Source of the DNA: Schmidtea polychroa
Taxonomy: Eukaryota
Assembly (NCBI GenBank): GCA_044892525.1
Contig: CM097886.1
Coordinates: forward strand, 142,104,001 to 142,168,000
Reading direction: 5' to 3'
Length of the DNA: 64,000 nucleotides
The notes under the pieces are model-generated. The model was not told the origin of the DNA. It saw nothing but the letters and a program-made list of their open reading frames with translations, and made no database searches. Numbering within the stretch: position 1 is the first letter of the stretch; the number at the start of each line of letters is the position of its first letter. The position numbers and the translations under genes were made by a program. Below, one piece after another: positions 13,895-29,900 of this stretch.

Positions 13895-16800
13895 TTTTAA
13901 ATGAAAGCCGAATTTATCCCATAATTATTGTGCATATTTATTATTTTTAAATTGTGAACAGAAAAGTTGGAATTATGCTTATTTGAAATATTAAAATATT
14001 TTAATAGTTTATTAAATGATTTTATTTTTTAGGCAAATCGAAATGCTATATATGTCGAAAATTGTTTAGAAGAAATTTAAATATTGCTATTTTTTCGGAT
14101 AAATATAAATATATATAACAAATCTCTTTTTTGATTGAAGATCTTTAGGATGATTTATAAATATTTTCATTTGCTTTCTATCGTATTATTTGTGTGCAAT
14201 CAAGTCTTTTTAAAAGTAGAAGTTATTAAACGAAATATTTTTTCATTTCAACTGTCACGTCTTATCGAAGACCTCAAAGATTTTAAAAGAGTAGTACAGC
14301 TTATTATTTTCAAATATTTCATGTTAATAATTCGATATTTTTCAACTCTAATTATAAAAATATGGTACTATTCGAGATGCCTTGGTAGAGTAGCGATCTT
14401 AATCCAAATTTATCTGTTTATTACTATTGAGTCAACTCCAGGATCTCCTTAATAATCAAAATCACATTTCACTTAACAAAATCCTTATTTGAATCTTCAC
14501 ATATATAATTTAACCTTCATTGATGATATATTAGCCAACACCGAAGAATAAACGTCTCCGTCGGTATATACAAATATTATTGGTCAATTGAAAGAAAGGG
14601 TTGTTGATTGAGGTTTAATGGGATTTAATAACAATAATAATTCACAATTTCTTTTTTCTCTTTTACTTATATCTTCATTTATAATATTTTGAATTATTTT
14701 ATTCATCCATTCGAAACAAATATTAATCAATTTTCTGCGCCATAGAAGTGCTGCATTGTCTTGTTTTTTCCAATATCTAATTAATTAAAATTTTTCAATT
14801 GTTCTTAATAATCAGTTTAAATATGATTTTATTCCTTTTAACTACATTTTGTTTTTTTATCTTTTTTTATTGGAAATATTTCGTTATTTTTTAGTCAATT
14901 GTTATTGTTTTATGGTACTTTTGTATGTTATTTAATATTTTATTAATGTTCCGATTTCGGGTTTAATTTCTTTTATGTGCTTTAATAATTTATTTAACAA
15001 CAAATTTTTACACAAATAAATCAATATCATACCAAAAGATATTCAAAATCAATTGTGGAAACTTTGTGTTATATGTTCTTTGTAAAACTTAATAATATTT
15101 TTAAAAAGAATTTAAGACTTAAGTTTTTTGATTATTGACTTTTGACCATGTGTAACTTTAGACCCCATATTGAAAAATCGTCACTATGAAAGTGCAGAAT
15201 TTTTAGACTAAGTTTAAGTTAAAAATAAAATGTAAACGATTTTGACCTATCATTATTGGAGCCTTGAATGTCTAAATAAGACTGTTGAATAGGATTAAAA
15301 AAAAATCTATCAAACACAAAAAGTAAAACCACGAAAGGTTAAATACTTTTTGATTTTTATGAAATTCAAATGACCTTGATCCATTTATGACTAATAGTTT
15401 TCGTTAAATGGATTTTGAAAAATTTTGAAAAGTTTGTAAAGAAAATAAGTGGTCTTTGTCCTAACTTAAAAGAAGAATTCTTGAAAAAAATTAGCACTCA
15501 TACTTTTTAAGGTCTAGTGTGAATCATAACATGGGTCATAACAAAAAGATTAACGCATCAAAATGATGACTGATTTATGCCTAATGATCATTTGGATAAG
15601 TTATACTTTCCATATCCGAATAAAAATCAAATTTACTTGATAACTCGTATTTAAATACTAACATTAGGCATAAATAGTCAAATTTCAGTTTATTATATTC
15701 TTTTTTGTTATTGATTTTTTATGACTTTTCTTTGAATTTTAAGCAATTAAATGATAATTTAAGCCTTTTGCTGCGAATAATATATTTATTGAAATTTCAA
15801 ATTTCGTTAAACTTGATTTATTAATTTTGATTATTTGTTTTTATCATTGATTTTTACTGGTTTTATTCAATTTTCTTTAACCCTGATTGATTTCTTGTCA
15901 TCACCTTTTCACTTCAGTCTCGTCCTCTAGGACGACCTGATTGAAATTTTACTTTGTCTTTTTTCAAGTTGATTTCAGAGATTTTTTTCAATAAATATGT
16001 TTTGTGTGCAACTTCTTGCCGATTTTAACTTATTATTCATGTAGCAGACAATATTAAACGTTCAGTATTTTAATTAAAGTTTCAGATATATGTGTTTCAG
16101 TAAATAAGATAATTTTTTTCAGTGAAAAAGATTGAAATGCTCAGTGAAAAAATTATAATTCAAAGTAAACATTTCTTTTGGTCAATATATTTCCACAAAT
16201 TGCCAATAAAACAAGGGCAAGGTTATGATTAGGGTTAGGATTAAGGATTAGGGTAATTTATTTAAAAATTGATGAATATTTTCTTCAAATTACTAAACAT
16301 TTGCTTTAATCACTGAAGACTAATTTTAATTACTGAACGTTTAATCCATTTTATTGAGTATAAAAATACTCAACATTTAAATCGTACCAATATATACACA
16401 CATATATGTATGGGAATGGATGGGGCCAACGAAGTTCTGTCTGCGTGAAATAATGAAACGATAATGATGCATCAAGTGGGAATGAGTATGAAAGACAGGA
16501 ATTGAAATAATGATGTTATATGCGTTATGAGTATATGTATATAAGGGAAAGCACAAATAAAAAGTTTTCGTTTAAAAATTCCAGAGTGGAAAGAACCAGG
16601 GACCAAGAGGAGCAGCATATGGATCGGAAAAGAACCAGAATTAGAGCCTGGAATCAAGATTGCAGACTAGAGCCCTCAAATCGATAAGGCATGTTTCATA
16701 GTGATTATGAAATCAAAGCCGTCTTAAATGTGACGCGAATGGCTCTTACTCAAGCCGTCTATCAAATTCGTTCAGCAAATGAAACTAAGGCGGATTGAGG

Positions 16801-17959
16801 AGGAAATCCGTCAAGGCCTCATTCCCAGTACCGACGGGGAGGGCCAATAATTAAATGATGATGAATTGCTGGATGATCTGTTCCACTATTGAGATCGGGA
16901 GACGTAAGTCCCTGCATTAGTTTCATGGGCGCATGGAATTCCCACACGAAAACGTGGAAGACCGCGCAGCTCAGAGCGACAGCATTAACTATAATGGAAC
17001 TATAATAGTTAGAGTGTTCCATTTATCGTTTAATAAAAATGTAGTAGTAATGATGAGCCATTTGAGTTTTCAATGCTTGTTAGAGATAGTAGTTAGTCAG
17101 ATGCCGTGGTTAAATGGACTTTGCGATAAAAGAAAAGATGGTGCCTAACATAAATATTGACCCATCCTCGGTAATTAAAGAAGGGTTAAAAATAAATATA
17201 ATGGGTCCCTTTCAGATTTCAAGTAAAGTTAAATCCTACAGTCTCGTTCCCGCATTTACTGAAAGTAATGTAATAACTCATTGTTATTACCAAATTACGT
17301 TATTTCAATACTACTGTTGGTGGAAAATATGTGAGCGGACCACGAAGCTGCCCTGCGTCTAGTGGACACGTTGCAGAATCGATTCGAAAAGCTGACTTTG
17401 TAACGGCCTCACGCTTTCTCGACAGCCACACTTTAAAGTGCTGTATTAAAGTCGCTTGTGGCAGGTATTTAGCGGTAATCAATAGTTACGAAGGGAAAGA
17501 TTGTGAGGTATTGGTAACTACGGATATGAAGGTGATCAACTGACGAAGACACATAAATTTCTCTTCTCGTAACCTATCACATTTTTAATTCTTGATCAAA
17601 AAACCTTTCATAATACATTAATGTTACTTCCTATTTTGTAATGTCAAAGAAATTTAACAGTAGTATTTATAAATTTAAGTTTTAAAATAATTTTTACTTA
17701 TTTATTAATGGGTTACCGAATTATAATGACAATTAAAATTCGAATAGTAGTAATTCTTCCACCTTTGAAAACACAAGAGGTTTAAGAATAAACTCCATCC
17801 TGTATTAATTCGCTATTCTAATTAATTCGTTGTTGTAATTAAATTTGGTACCCCTTATTGATTTTTCAATTAATATACCATAATTTTATATAATATTTTT
17901 ACAAAGTTTGTTTTAATAATTATAATTCCAAATTTAAAAATTTAAATAAATCACATTAA

Positions 17960-20900
17960 ATGGATGTTGATAATAAAAGTGATTTTTTAAACATTAATTA
18001 GTAATTAAGTCTTTGTAGATTTAGAAAATAATTTTGAAAATATAAAATTGCTCATTGATAGTTGTGATTTTATATCAATTGATACTGAATTAACAGGTTG
18101 TTGTTTCAAATATATAAATTTTACTATACTAATTAATTAGGCCTATCTAAGAAATTTGTTAATTATTATGACACTCCTGAAATGAGATATCAAGAAGTAA
18201 AAGAACATTCAATGCAATACACAATTACACAAATTGGAATCTGCATTTTCAAATTCGATAATTTAAACCAAAAGTAAAAATTATTTTTGAAATTGCTTAT
18301 TAATATTATATTCTATAGATTTAAATATAACCCTATTAATTTTCACGTTAAACCATTTTCATATCATAGTGAAAACGGAAATTTTTTGACTAATTCAGAT
18401 ACTATAGAATTTTTGAATAAAACAAATTTCGATTTTAACAAAACATTCAGAGAAGGTTAGTAAAATATTATTTTAAACATTTTAGTGTATTAAACAAATA
18501 AATGAAAACGATTTGGTAATTTATTGAATGTTTTAGTTGTAATATATTGGGTAAAATAGTATAAAATAGTATACCCTAATTTGACTCGGGACAGGTCATA
18601 TGCTATGTTTCAACCCCAGATGACCACCCCATAGTGTGAATTAAATAAAACTATTTATTTTTGTTAAGAAGAATCAGTGAAATCAATCTCTTTAGAATGT
18701 GTTTTTAAGATTTTACAATCACTAATCTATTCTAACCAAACTTGAAGTAGTAAACAAGTTTATTTATTAGCCTATCTAATTCCTTTCAGCCATTTTAGTG
18801 ATGCTAATAGAATATATTAAATTAATCTCTTCTGAATATTTTGTATTGATTTTACAATCAATACAAAATATCACTAAACAAATTATATATCCAAAACTTA
18901 AATTTACTTGACTTGTTTTACAAATATCCAAACACAATTTTTTATGTTTACAGGGTTTCCGTGATAATAAAAACTATATTGTAAAATAAAAAAAACTATT
19001 TTTACTATGATTTATTTATAATACATTTGTAAATAATATAAATATTTAAACTCCTTCTAAGTAAATAAAGCAAATTTTTATACATTTCAGAAACATAAAT
19101 TTAATTTAGTTAACATTTTTATCAAAAATTAAAATAAGTTTAATCATAAAATATCCTTTATAATTCGCGGTTTTTTAAATATTTAACCACAGAAAAACAA
19201 TAACACTATTTTATAGAATCTCTTTTTTTATTTATTTATATAAACATAATATTTTTAATATCAAAAAATTAAAAAACTTATTGTTAATTTGTTATGTAAC
19301 CTTAACTTGTACGATAAAAAGGATTTAATGATGTGGGTATTAACCCTTTCTAAGGTGGTGGCAATATACTGCACACAATTTTAAACCAATAAAAATATCT
19401 AAGTGTAACGCTGTCGGTAATCATTTTTAATCATATTGCCACCCCTTCTCCGTAAAGCCTCTTGTTTTTTTTCTGTTTTATTTTTTATTGATCATTTGTA
19501 ACTATATAATTATTATTAATAAACTTTGAGTTTTACATCACTTTTAGTTTCCTTTGCCTTAGAAAGGGTTAAAGTGTATTTATTTTTTATATCAATAATA
19601 TTATAATCCATGTTTTTCCAATTTAGTTTTTTATTTATAAAATAGTTTTTTATTTTTTTTTAAATAGTTTTTTTAATTTTTTTTAAAATAATTTTTTTAA
19701 TTTTTTTTATTTATTTTTAAATTATTTTTTTATTTTTTTTAAAAAATATTTTTTAAAATATTTTTTTTATTTTATAAAATAGTATTTTTATTTTATAATA
19801 TAGTTTTTTTTATTTTACAAAATAGTATTTTTATTTTACAATATAGTTTTTTTATCATGGAAACCCTGCGATTTTTAAATATATAAATTGATAATTATTT
19901 TTTGGATTTTATTAACCACAAAAAAACATTATTTTATAGAATCTCTTTTTTATTTATTTATATAAACATAATATTTTTAATATCAAAAAATTTAAAAAAT
20001 GTATTGTTAATTTGTTATGTAACCTCAACTTGAACGATAAAAAGGATTTAATGATGTGGGTATTAAAGTTTATTTATTTTTTTATATCAATTATATTATA
20101 ATCCATGTTTTTCCAATTTAGTTTTTTATTTATAAAATAGTTTTTTATTTTTTTTTAAATAGTTTTTTTTATTTTTTTTAAAAAATATTTTTTTTATTTT
20201 ATAAAATAGTATTTTTATTTTATAATATAGTTTTTTTTATTTTACAAAATAGTATTTTTATTTTACAATATAGTTTTTTTATCATGGAAACCCTGTCTCC
20301 TCTATAATGTAGCTATCATTGAAAGTAAAAAAACCCAAATCCAACAATATTTTTGTAGGCATTTGGCAATTCTGAATGAAGTTGAGTTTTGAGGTTTTGA
20401 AAATTTAATTAAAACTGAATTAAATTATTTAAATTACTTTTTTTAAATGAATGAATTGAAATAAATTTCTTTATTTTGAATCTGTTTGCTATTTTTAAAA
20501 TCGTGCAACGCCGGGTACCCAATCTCAACTTATTACAATAAAAATCTAGTTCACTATAATATGAACTGAAATTTTTATTTTTATCATACACAAAATGAAA
20601 ATATAATAAATTCAATCATTTTGTGATCTAAAATAATGTTTTAAGAAACACAGCGTTTCTAACTTCAGAGAATATTGCATGTGGCGGAAAAAGAGATTTG
20701 CGAATCTCCACTAGTATTATAGTTATTTTTGACACATCCACCTTTACTCTCTCCTGTATTTCATACTTATAAGCAATTTCTCCTTACAGACTCCGAGACA
20801 GACTTTCGCCCTAGTTGCTCGATTTTTTAATGCACTATCGTAATTTAAAAGAACCTACCACGATATAGAAAATCCAGGACACACTCGTGATGCAGGAATT

Positions 20901-23900
20901 AGAAACGGGTCAGGGCAGGGTGTCCTCCAAGTTTTCTACCCAGGTGGGTTCTACAATTTCACTGCTCGCCCTCACAAATCGGCCTTTTGACCCAACAGTA
21001 CAAATAGTTCCAACGATGTCTCAATAATTTATTCACTGATTTTTCAACTTTTCCGAAATACAATGTTGCTGTTTCTATATCTTTTTCATAATTATAGATT
21101 TCCAAAAATTCTTCGATCAAAGATTTTAGCTTTAAAATACTTTTGCAATTTATTTTTAAATTCTCGATCTTTTTCTGGAATTTCTTTGAAAATAGGCAAA
21201 AAATTCTCTTCGATGAAGCATTTCACTATCATGTTTCGATTTTGTTCTTCTGATTTCATGATAAAACAACATGGAAAAAGCATTTAAATATTTTAACTAA
21301 AATTTAACTGAAGGATAAAAGATCGACTTATTTGTACCAACACCATTTTTCCGCAACCAAATGTTAAGAATAAGACCAAGTCTGTCGATATAATATTTAT
21401 TCAAAAACTTACCGTTAATTAACGAAAAATTTTTTAATAGTAATCCTTATCCTAAGCAATTATTTTTTGTACATATTTAATTTAATATATTATTTACTAA
21501 CATCCTTACAATAAATATAAAGAAATTTTAGATGTTTTTATTATATTTGCTGGCAATTGTAGAATATCAAAAACAATCAGATAAAAATACGAGCGGAATT
21601 ATTTCATTAAATTTTATAATGAAAATCGCTGGACTTTGAATTTAACCAATATAAACATTTATATGTTGCTTAGGAATTCAATATGTGCGTTTTGATGAAT
21701 ATCATAAAAAAGAGAAATTACTTGGTAAGAAAAAAAATCTTCAGTTGAAAAATCTTGACAGATCAACTGAGATATTTGACTTTGAAAATATTCAGCCAAT
21801 AATGTAAATTTTCTAATAAGGAAATATTAAGTATAATAGTAAGGTTTTTAGAAAGAAGTCTATTGAGTTTCTTGAAAATGATGAACTTGACAACTTTTCA
21901 ATTGAAGCCCCCACAAACTCTTATGAAAGATATTTAATATTTAGTGAGCTATGGAAAAAGTATGTATTTTCAATGTTACTCCTTTTGATGAATTATTCTG
22001 CAAGCATAATTAAATTATCACATAAATATTAAATATTACATAAAAATTTAATGATTTTCAATTTCGGTAAAAATTAATGAAAAGGTCTGATTTCTAGTGG
22101 TAATTGTCAGTGTGGTTATTTTAATGATATTCGTGTGTTGTTTAAATATTCGAGATTTTAGTGCGTTTTTAAAATATAAACTGGTAAATTTAATTATTTT
22201 TAACAAATTTTTGGATTTTGAAGGAAATCAAATTTCCCAAAAAATGATATCTGAATTTTGGGTTAATATTGATTTTTTCAAAATTTGTGATTTTCCTAGT
22301 TTCTATAGTTTTTCAAATTCATTTTGATTGTTTCGTCCACAAGGTTAAGTTTTTTGAAATTATTGATTTTCAAAGTTTTCGATTTTGAGTTTAAATAATC
22401 AATATCTCACAAAATATATTTAGGTCGTTGGATTTTGCGTAAAAAGTCTCTATTAAATGTTGCAAAATATGCGAGTTTTCGCTCAAAATTTGCAAGATGA
22501 ATTGTATGTTACTATTTATAGATGTGCGTTAATTCAGCAAATAACGTTACTTGAATATTCGAGTCATTATCGATTTTTTAAAATTTTCGATTTCCCAATC
22601 ATTTACTCAATAGATATAAAAGTGCTTGTAGTATTTTACCTATAATTAAATACTATACAATGTTATATAAAAAGTTTCTAGAAGTTATTGATTTTCAGAA
22701 TTTCTATTTTTACTGTAAATAATCAAAATTTCTCACATCCTAATAGAATGATATCTAAAATGTTACTATTAATATTACTATTATTTGTGTGTGTATGTGT
22801 ACGCATGCATCTAATTAAAATGTGTATGCTACTTTATATAGATGCGACATATAATGGTCAATCCCCCCGGAATTCTCTTTTGTGAAACACCCCTACGTTT
22901 TTGCAATAATCGATAATCACAATAATGATAATGATTTTTAATATTAATCGATAATGGTTATGATTTTTAATCATTATTAATTACGAGAAATGATATTATT
23001 TGAATTAGGTTATATTTATTTTTTTAAACAATCATGCGTAAAAATAGTGTAAACAATAATTTTTTAATCCTAATCGATAATTATAAAGATTTTAGATTCT
23101 AATCGTTTGTTGAGGATACCTGAATAATAAAAATTAAATAATGTTTCAAAAAGAATAAAAATGATCAGGGAAAAATAGTTACAATAAATGATGTCACACT
23201 CAAATTTGGGCAAATGAATTAAATTCAATATTAAAGCAAACATTTTAATACATATTTAATTATTTTTTAAAAAATAAAAAAACAACACCTCTGGAAAATC
23301 ACTACAGAGGTACTTTTAAATGTTACTACAATAATAATAAAGTTAATTTGCTCAATTCTGCAAATACGACCTTAGAAAGAACGTTGAATTTTACCAAAAG
23401 AAAGGGAAATACATAAAGTAACACATTTTAATCTTTATTCAGTCTTTAAGTTAATTTACTCAAGAAAACATTGACACGCTGAATTGTAATTGAAATTTTA
23501 AAAAAATTTCACATGTAATTTTCCTATTAAATCTATAGATATAAAACCTGAAAGTAATCGAAATAAAATACTTCTAGGGTTGGATGTGTAAATGGGAAAT
23601 GGATCTATCCAGAGTCAATGGAATATGGCAAGAAAACAATTATTTTCAAAAAATGTGATAATACTCATGCCAAATTGACTAGTAATATTGATGAAGAATT
23701 TACAAAGAAACATGAAAAGAATTCGAAATATGTCAAAATAACGGAAATTATTAAACACATCAGTGATTCAGTTAGTGAAAATTAACATGTTCATTTCGGA
23801 CTGATATAAATTTCTATAGAAAAAAGCTATAATTGCCCACAATTGTTTCCTGGATATCATGCATATAGTGGATAAATTCATTGAGCCTTTACCAGAAGTG

Positions 23901-26900
23901 ATTTGACCTTTTTTCAATGGAATTAGATTTTTTAATTTGGTTTAGAATTATGAAAAATTCAAAACGATGTTGCATAGATTATTTCCTAAGTCGGTATTTG
24001 TATTTTCTCATGACCCGGTTTAATCACTTGAAATTATACAGGATATTCGACACGAAATATATATTCCATGAGGAATCATTTAAAGTGGGTGAATTTGGTT
24101 GAATGGGGATGATTTATTGATTTGTTTCATAGGATTTCCGAGCAAGAGATCTTGAAGAAATTTTTAACGTAACTAAACAGGAACCGTTCTTGAATCCGAA
24201 TTTGAGTCAGTTTTAGTTTGTCATTGATCATTTGACATAGATAATTTATTGTGATTATATTTTAATAAAAAATAAATTTCCTCATTTAGTAACGGAACCG
24301 TTTAGTGAAGAATTCAGCTTTCCGGAAAGTGATTCCTATCACACAGCGCATTACGATGCAATGGTTACCGGGAAATGTTTTATTGGATTGATTACATATC
24401 TCAGTAAGACTTTGCAATATATCGAATTTCTGTTTGATATATTTCTTTTGATATATTTAGACCAAAACAATATGGATATTTGGGAAAATTTCAGTTCTGA
24501 AGTTCCCAATATTATTCATAAATATCTTAATAGGTAAATATTATTCTTATTTTGAGATTTATTTATTATATATATTTTTGATAATAAATGATTTTATTGA
24601 TAATCGATTTTATATTTTAATAATAAGTTATCTTATTGACAATTGATTTTTTATTGATAATTGATTTTTTTTATAAATTAAATGATTTTATTTCATTAAT
24701 AATCGATTTTTATATTTTAATGTAATTGATTTTTATTTTTATATTAACCAATTTTTTACTTTAATAAAATTTATTTTTATTGCAATCAAATTCTTATTCT
24801 AATAATAAGCAATTATTGATATTTCATTTTTAATTTTTATTTGATTTTTATTGTTTATCGTTATTTTAATAAATTACTGATAGCTAATTTCTTATTTAAA
24901 AAAAATCAATTTTGTATTTTATTGGTAATTTATTTTTTTAAATTTTATTAATAAGCTATTTTTAATGATATTTCACTTTAAATTTTTATATTTATGATTT
25001 TATATTTTACTTATTTTACTTATTTATTTTAAATCAATGATCATCACTTCATTAGCCTAGAATTTTGAATAATTAAACACATTTCTCCAAATAATAGGCA
25101 TAAAATGTATATACATGTCCTAGTAATTTGCCCTTCATATTCATTGTCCTACATGGATTTTACATTTATAATTTGGTATCATTTTTTAACCTGTACAATT
25201 TTTTATTGATAATCAATTTTTTTATAAATCAAATGATTTTATTTCAATAATAATCGATTTTTTTTATTTTAATTTAATTGACTTTTATTATATTGATTAT
25301 CGATTTTTATAATTTATTGATACTCGATTATTTTTATTGTAATCAATTTTTTAATCTAATAATAAGCAATTATTGATATTTGATTTTTATTTTTTATTGT
25401 TTTTTTTAATAAATTACTGATAGCTAATTTCTTATTTAAAAAAAAATCAATTTTGTATTTTATTGGTAATTTATTTTTTTTAATTCTACAATTTTTTAAT
25501 TTTATTAATAAGCTATTTTTATTGATATTTCACTTTTTTATATTTTATATTTTTAAAATTTTTATATTTTACTTATAATTGATTTTTATTTTATTAATCA
25601 TTGATTTATATTTTAATAATTGATTTTGTTCTATTGATTAATTTTTATAATTCAATGATCATTACTTAGCCTAGAATTTTGAACCATTAAACAGATTTTT
25701 CCAAATAATAGACATAAAATGTATGGATTTTACATTTATAATTTGGTATCGTTTTTCTAACCTGCACAATTTTGCATCTTTTGTATTTTTCAATATATCC
25801 AAATGCGATTGATGACAAAATGAATTTATGACATAGAATCAAATTTATGATGATGTTATAGTTTCAATAAATTCTTTTTTGGTTTTGAAGATCCATTGCT
25901 TTTCTTGGATGCACTTTTAGTGTATTCAAACTAAAAAGTCAAGTAGCGATTGGTCAGGTAACCTACCAGTTCCAATAAATGGTTTAGCTGTTCATTGAAA
26001 AATTCGTAATTTCAAAAGTCGATTCGACCGTCCATATGAAGTTTTCAGGAAAAGATTGATCCATGCCCATAATTGCGATTCTTTCCATAACCTTTTCCAT
26101 GAAGCTGATAGAACTTTGTATTGGTAACATTAATGCTTTTTCTTAAAACTTTTAGCATTGTTATAAAACAACATGCAATTTCCTTTACAATATTTCTTTC
26201 ATGTGTTGTTAGTATTATTTTTCACAATTTTTTTCATTATCAAGTGATAATTTTCCTTCCCGGATCCTTCATAAGATCACTAACAATGCCAGTTTATTTC
26301 AACTTTACGAAGAAATTCCTTATTTTTCCTTATTCCTAATTTTTGGAGTTTTAAATCGATTTGTTGAAACAACTTTTATGGACTAATTAATTTCGTTATT
26401 AATTTGTACATACTAATTCAAATAAATATCTTTATAATGAAAATACCCGTCGTCTAATATATAAAGATGAAAGTTTGTTTGTTTGTTACCCATATAATTC
26501 CCCACCGTTGGACCTAGAGTGCCGAAAGTTTGCATGTGACAATCACTCTGGACAGGTAATAGGCTATGTTTCAACCCAAGATGACCACACTAAGTCGGTT
26601 TGTTTGTTTGTCCGCTCAGCAATTTACCATATAAATAATAATTTATTATATTATAAGATAACGCCAATCAAACATTCTTTTCACGATATATTTCGACAGA
26701 TTTCCTGTCATCATCAGGAGGGATATAATAACTATACAAATTAAGGATTTTAAACAAATTTATTAATTATATATAAAAAAAATTCTTATTTAATAAAAAC
26801 ATTAATTATTTTTAAAAGGTTATAATTAAATTAATATATTATTTTTTTAAATTTTATTAATTATTTAATACAACAATCAATACATACAATATACAAAAAA

Positions 26901-29900
26901 CTTATTTAAAAACACTCAACACACAAGTATTTACTGCATTCTGCACATTCATTTTCGGATTCAGTGACTTTATCAGCAACGCCTCACAAATCACACGTTC
27001 ACAATAATTATCGAAATTTTTCTAATAAAATTTTAAAATCAGACATACCTATTTTAATTTTACAGCCCTTATTGTGCTCACCAATATGGGTCAAAGCCTT
27101 CGGTCTACAATGTTCTCGAGCTCGAATACAGAGATAACGGGAAGTCTCTCCAATGTATGTGGCATTACACCCATTACATGTAAACTGATAAACGAGATCG
27201 GAACACAATTCGACCGGAGTTTTTGACTTATTAATAAACATATTGCGTACTTTCCATGAAGTTGACACAATCCTATAGTTTAAATTACCTAACTGCTTTT
27301 TTATCTTCAGTTTATAATCCTTAAAACCTTCTGAGTATGACAATACTAACACAAATTTAGGCTCATACTTGGGAACGTGTGATTTGTGAGGTATTGTTGA
27401 TAAAGTCATTGAATCCGAACCAGTTTGCAATTGGAAAAATATTGCCAGTTATTTGAAATTGAAATTTATTTTAAAAGCTTTTCGAAAGCTTGCGAATTAA
27501 ACATGGAATTGAAGCTGTTATAGAATTAATACAGGAACGTAATAACATCATTAAATTTAAATGAATTATTATAATAAATGTAAACTCGAGCAAAGCCGGG
27601 TACAACAGCTAGTATTTTATAAAAATAATAAAACGAAATTCAACATCAAATTAATTAAAAATTACTATTAGAAATCAATATTTTATGAATAAAATATAGA
27701 TTGTAAAATAAATTAAATGGATATTTGCATATTCGCAATTACGCGTTGGTGTAAATTATTTGCATCGTTCTGATATAATCCTATAAAACTTTCTATTAAC
27801 CATCATAATTATTTCATTCTCACAAAACCTCAAAAAATTATTCCAGAATAAAAGTTGTCAGAGCAGAATTCAATTCAATGAATGTTAATCCAAATTCTAA
27901 TGAAAGTAATTTGAAATAATATTTTTCAATTTTATTGAAAATTAGAGAAAAATAGCCATAAACAAATTTTCCACATGGCTATTCCAGAAGAATGGGGAAG
28001 AGAGGATATTGTTTTCTTTCTGGCAACGCTACTTAACAGTTGTATTTAATTTTAACGCTTACGTTTTGTTATGGTCTCCTTTAGAACCTTTACAGGATAT
28101 TTATGAAAAAATCGGTTTGAATTGGTTGAATTCTACTTCGTTAATGATTAGAATACCCATTCCCATCGATAGCACTTGTGAGAGTTTTAATTATTTTATT
28201 TTGGTTGAAGCGCACCCATTTTAACAGTTGATTGGCTGATTTTCCATTAAAATGCTAAATAAATTATAGGGGAAATTATAACCAATAATTTGTTTATTTT
28301 CTACATCTATCAATGTTTCTATATATACAGTGTGATTCATAAGTCGTCTCTGTCTCTGTAAAGCAATAAAACATTTTGAAAAAAGCATCTATTTATTTAT
28401 ATAAATTATCGGAATACTTGACATTGCATGTACCACACAAAGCAACATTACACAAGATGTTCAATATTGCATTATCACACTTCACAAATTCACCATAACA
28501 AGCTTGAATCATATTGTTTGGGATGTTTGTCAACGAATTTTCAATTGAATCTCTCATTTCTTGGAGTGTCGCTGGCATACTTCGATAGACGTTCTTTTTG
28601 ACGTAAAAATAGTTAGACCAGGAGATCTTAGCGGCCATTCCAAAAAGGCACGTCGCCCAATCCAACATCCATTAAGGTGTTCGTCTAATCCTGTTGGTAG
28701 TGAATCACTTCATTCTTGAGATTCTCATTTGGTCTTCCTGTCTCTTTCCTTATCTCTTAGCTGTAAGCTCCCTCTGAACTGTTGTGCTTTCCGCTCGTGT
28801 CTTTCTTCATACTCCCGAATTACTCTAACTGCCATATCGTAAATATTGGCTGCACTAGCCAGAAATACCTTTTCTTGCATGGAAATTTAAAGTTCACGTG
28901 AAATTCACTATTATGAGAGCCAATTTTTGTTACTTAATCCGCACGAAGAAGAATTATAACGATAAAGCTCTTGATATTCCTTTGAGTGATAGTCACCGCA
29001 ATCATCCAACGAATATAAAATCTGACGTAACATAACTAGGCTCAATTTATGGATTTTGTCTTTCTTACATCACGAATAACATTTATCGAAGCAGAACATT
29101 AACAACGACAGAGACGTAGGCTTTTCCAAATAAATCCATATTAACTTCAAGTTAATATAGATATTTATTATATATTTATGATTTATAAAATCAATTTTCT
29201 AAAATAATCGATCAAAAATTCATTCTAAAAATAGATCAAATACTTAATTCTATGTAACACAAATTTTTGGCTTTGCCTTTATCGAATGTTATTATTAACA
29301 CCAATAATTCCTTACAATCCCAATTTTTGGAAAAGAATCGCAAAATATAATGGTTGAATAATGTCTATAATCATATCTTGCTTTCTATTTTACAAATAGG
29401 AGACTATTACATTGTGCATTTGAGTCTGGCATCTTAGACTTGGAAATAATTTAACAAAGCCCTCAATTCCACATTTAAAAACAATATTTTTCCAAGTCTC
29501 ATAAACCAAAATCAATTTTTGACACAATCCTCGGGATTTTTCGAAACGTATGTCAGGAAATAGGAAAAAATGTTTCTAACAATTTCAATATTTTCTGGAA
29601 GAATAACATAGCGTTGAAAGGTATAAGTTACCTTGAAGAAATCTTTTCAAAATTAAAGAACTTATCTTGGTAAAAGAATTAAAGTATTTTAGGGCGTGCA
29701 ATTATATATAGCTAGATTGATTGATTGACTAATTGATAGATAGATTGATATATAGATCGATATATAGATTGATAGATAGATTGATAGATAGATAGATAGA
29801 CTTAATTGATTGATTAACAAAAAATACAGAGCTGATTTCAATTGGTTGCGGAACTTTCAATTTCAATAAGTGAACATAACAATTACATCCAATGAAAAAT

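Noticed and set aside
7400-16300. Short ORFs in the track (e.g. 9848..10255, 14135..14452)
   Set aside because: Low-complexity translations of AT-rich DNA with no recognisable motifs.
16680-17000. SSU rRNA fragment (GCGAATGGCTC, AAGTCCCTGC-like words)
   Set aside because: Matches are very short, not spaced as in rRNA, and the long conserved blocks are absent.
25780-26400. Non-LTR RT remnant (SISFMEKVMERI on the minus strand)
   Set aside because: Only one weak motif; not enough to call.
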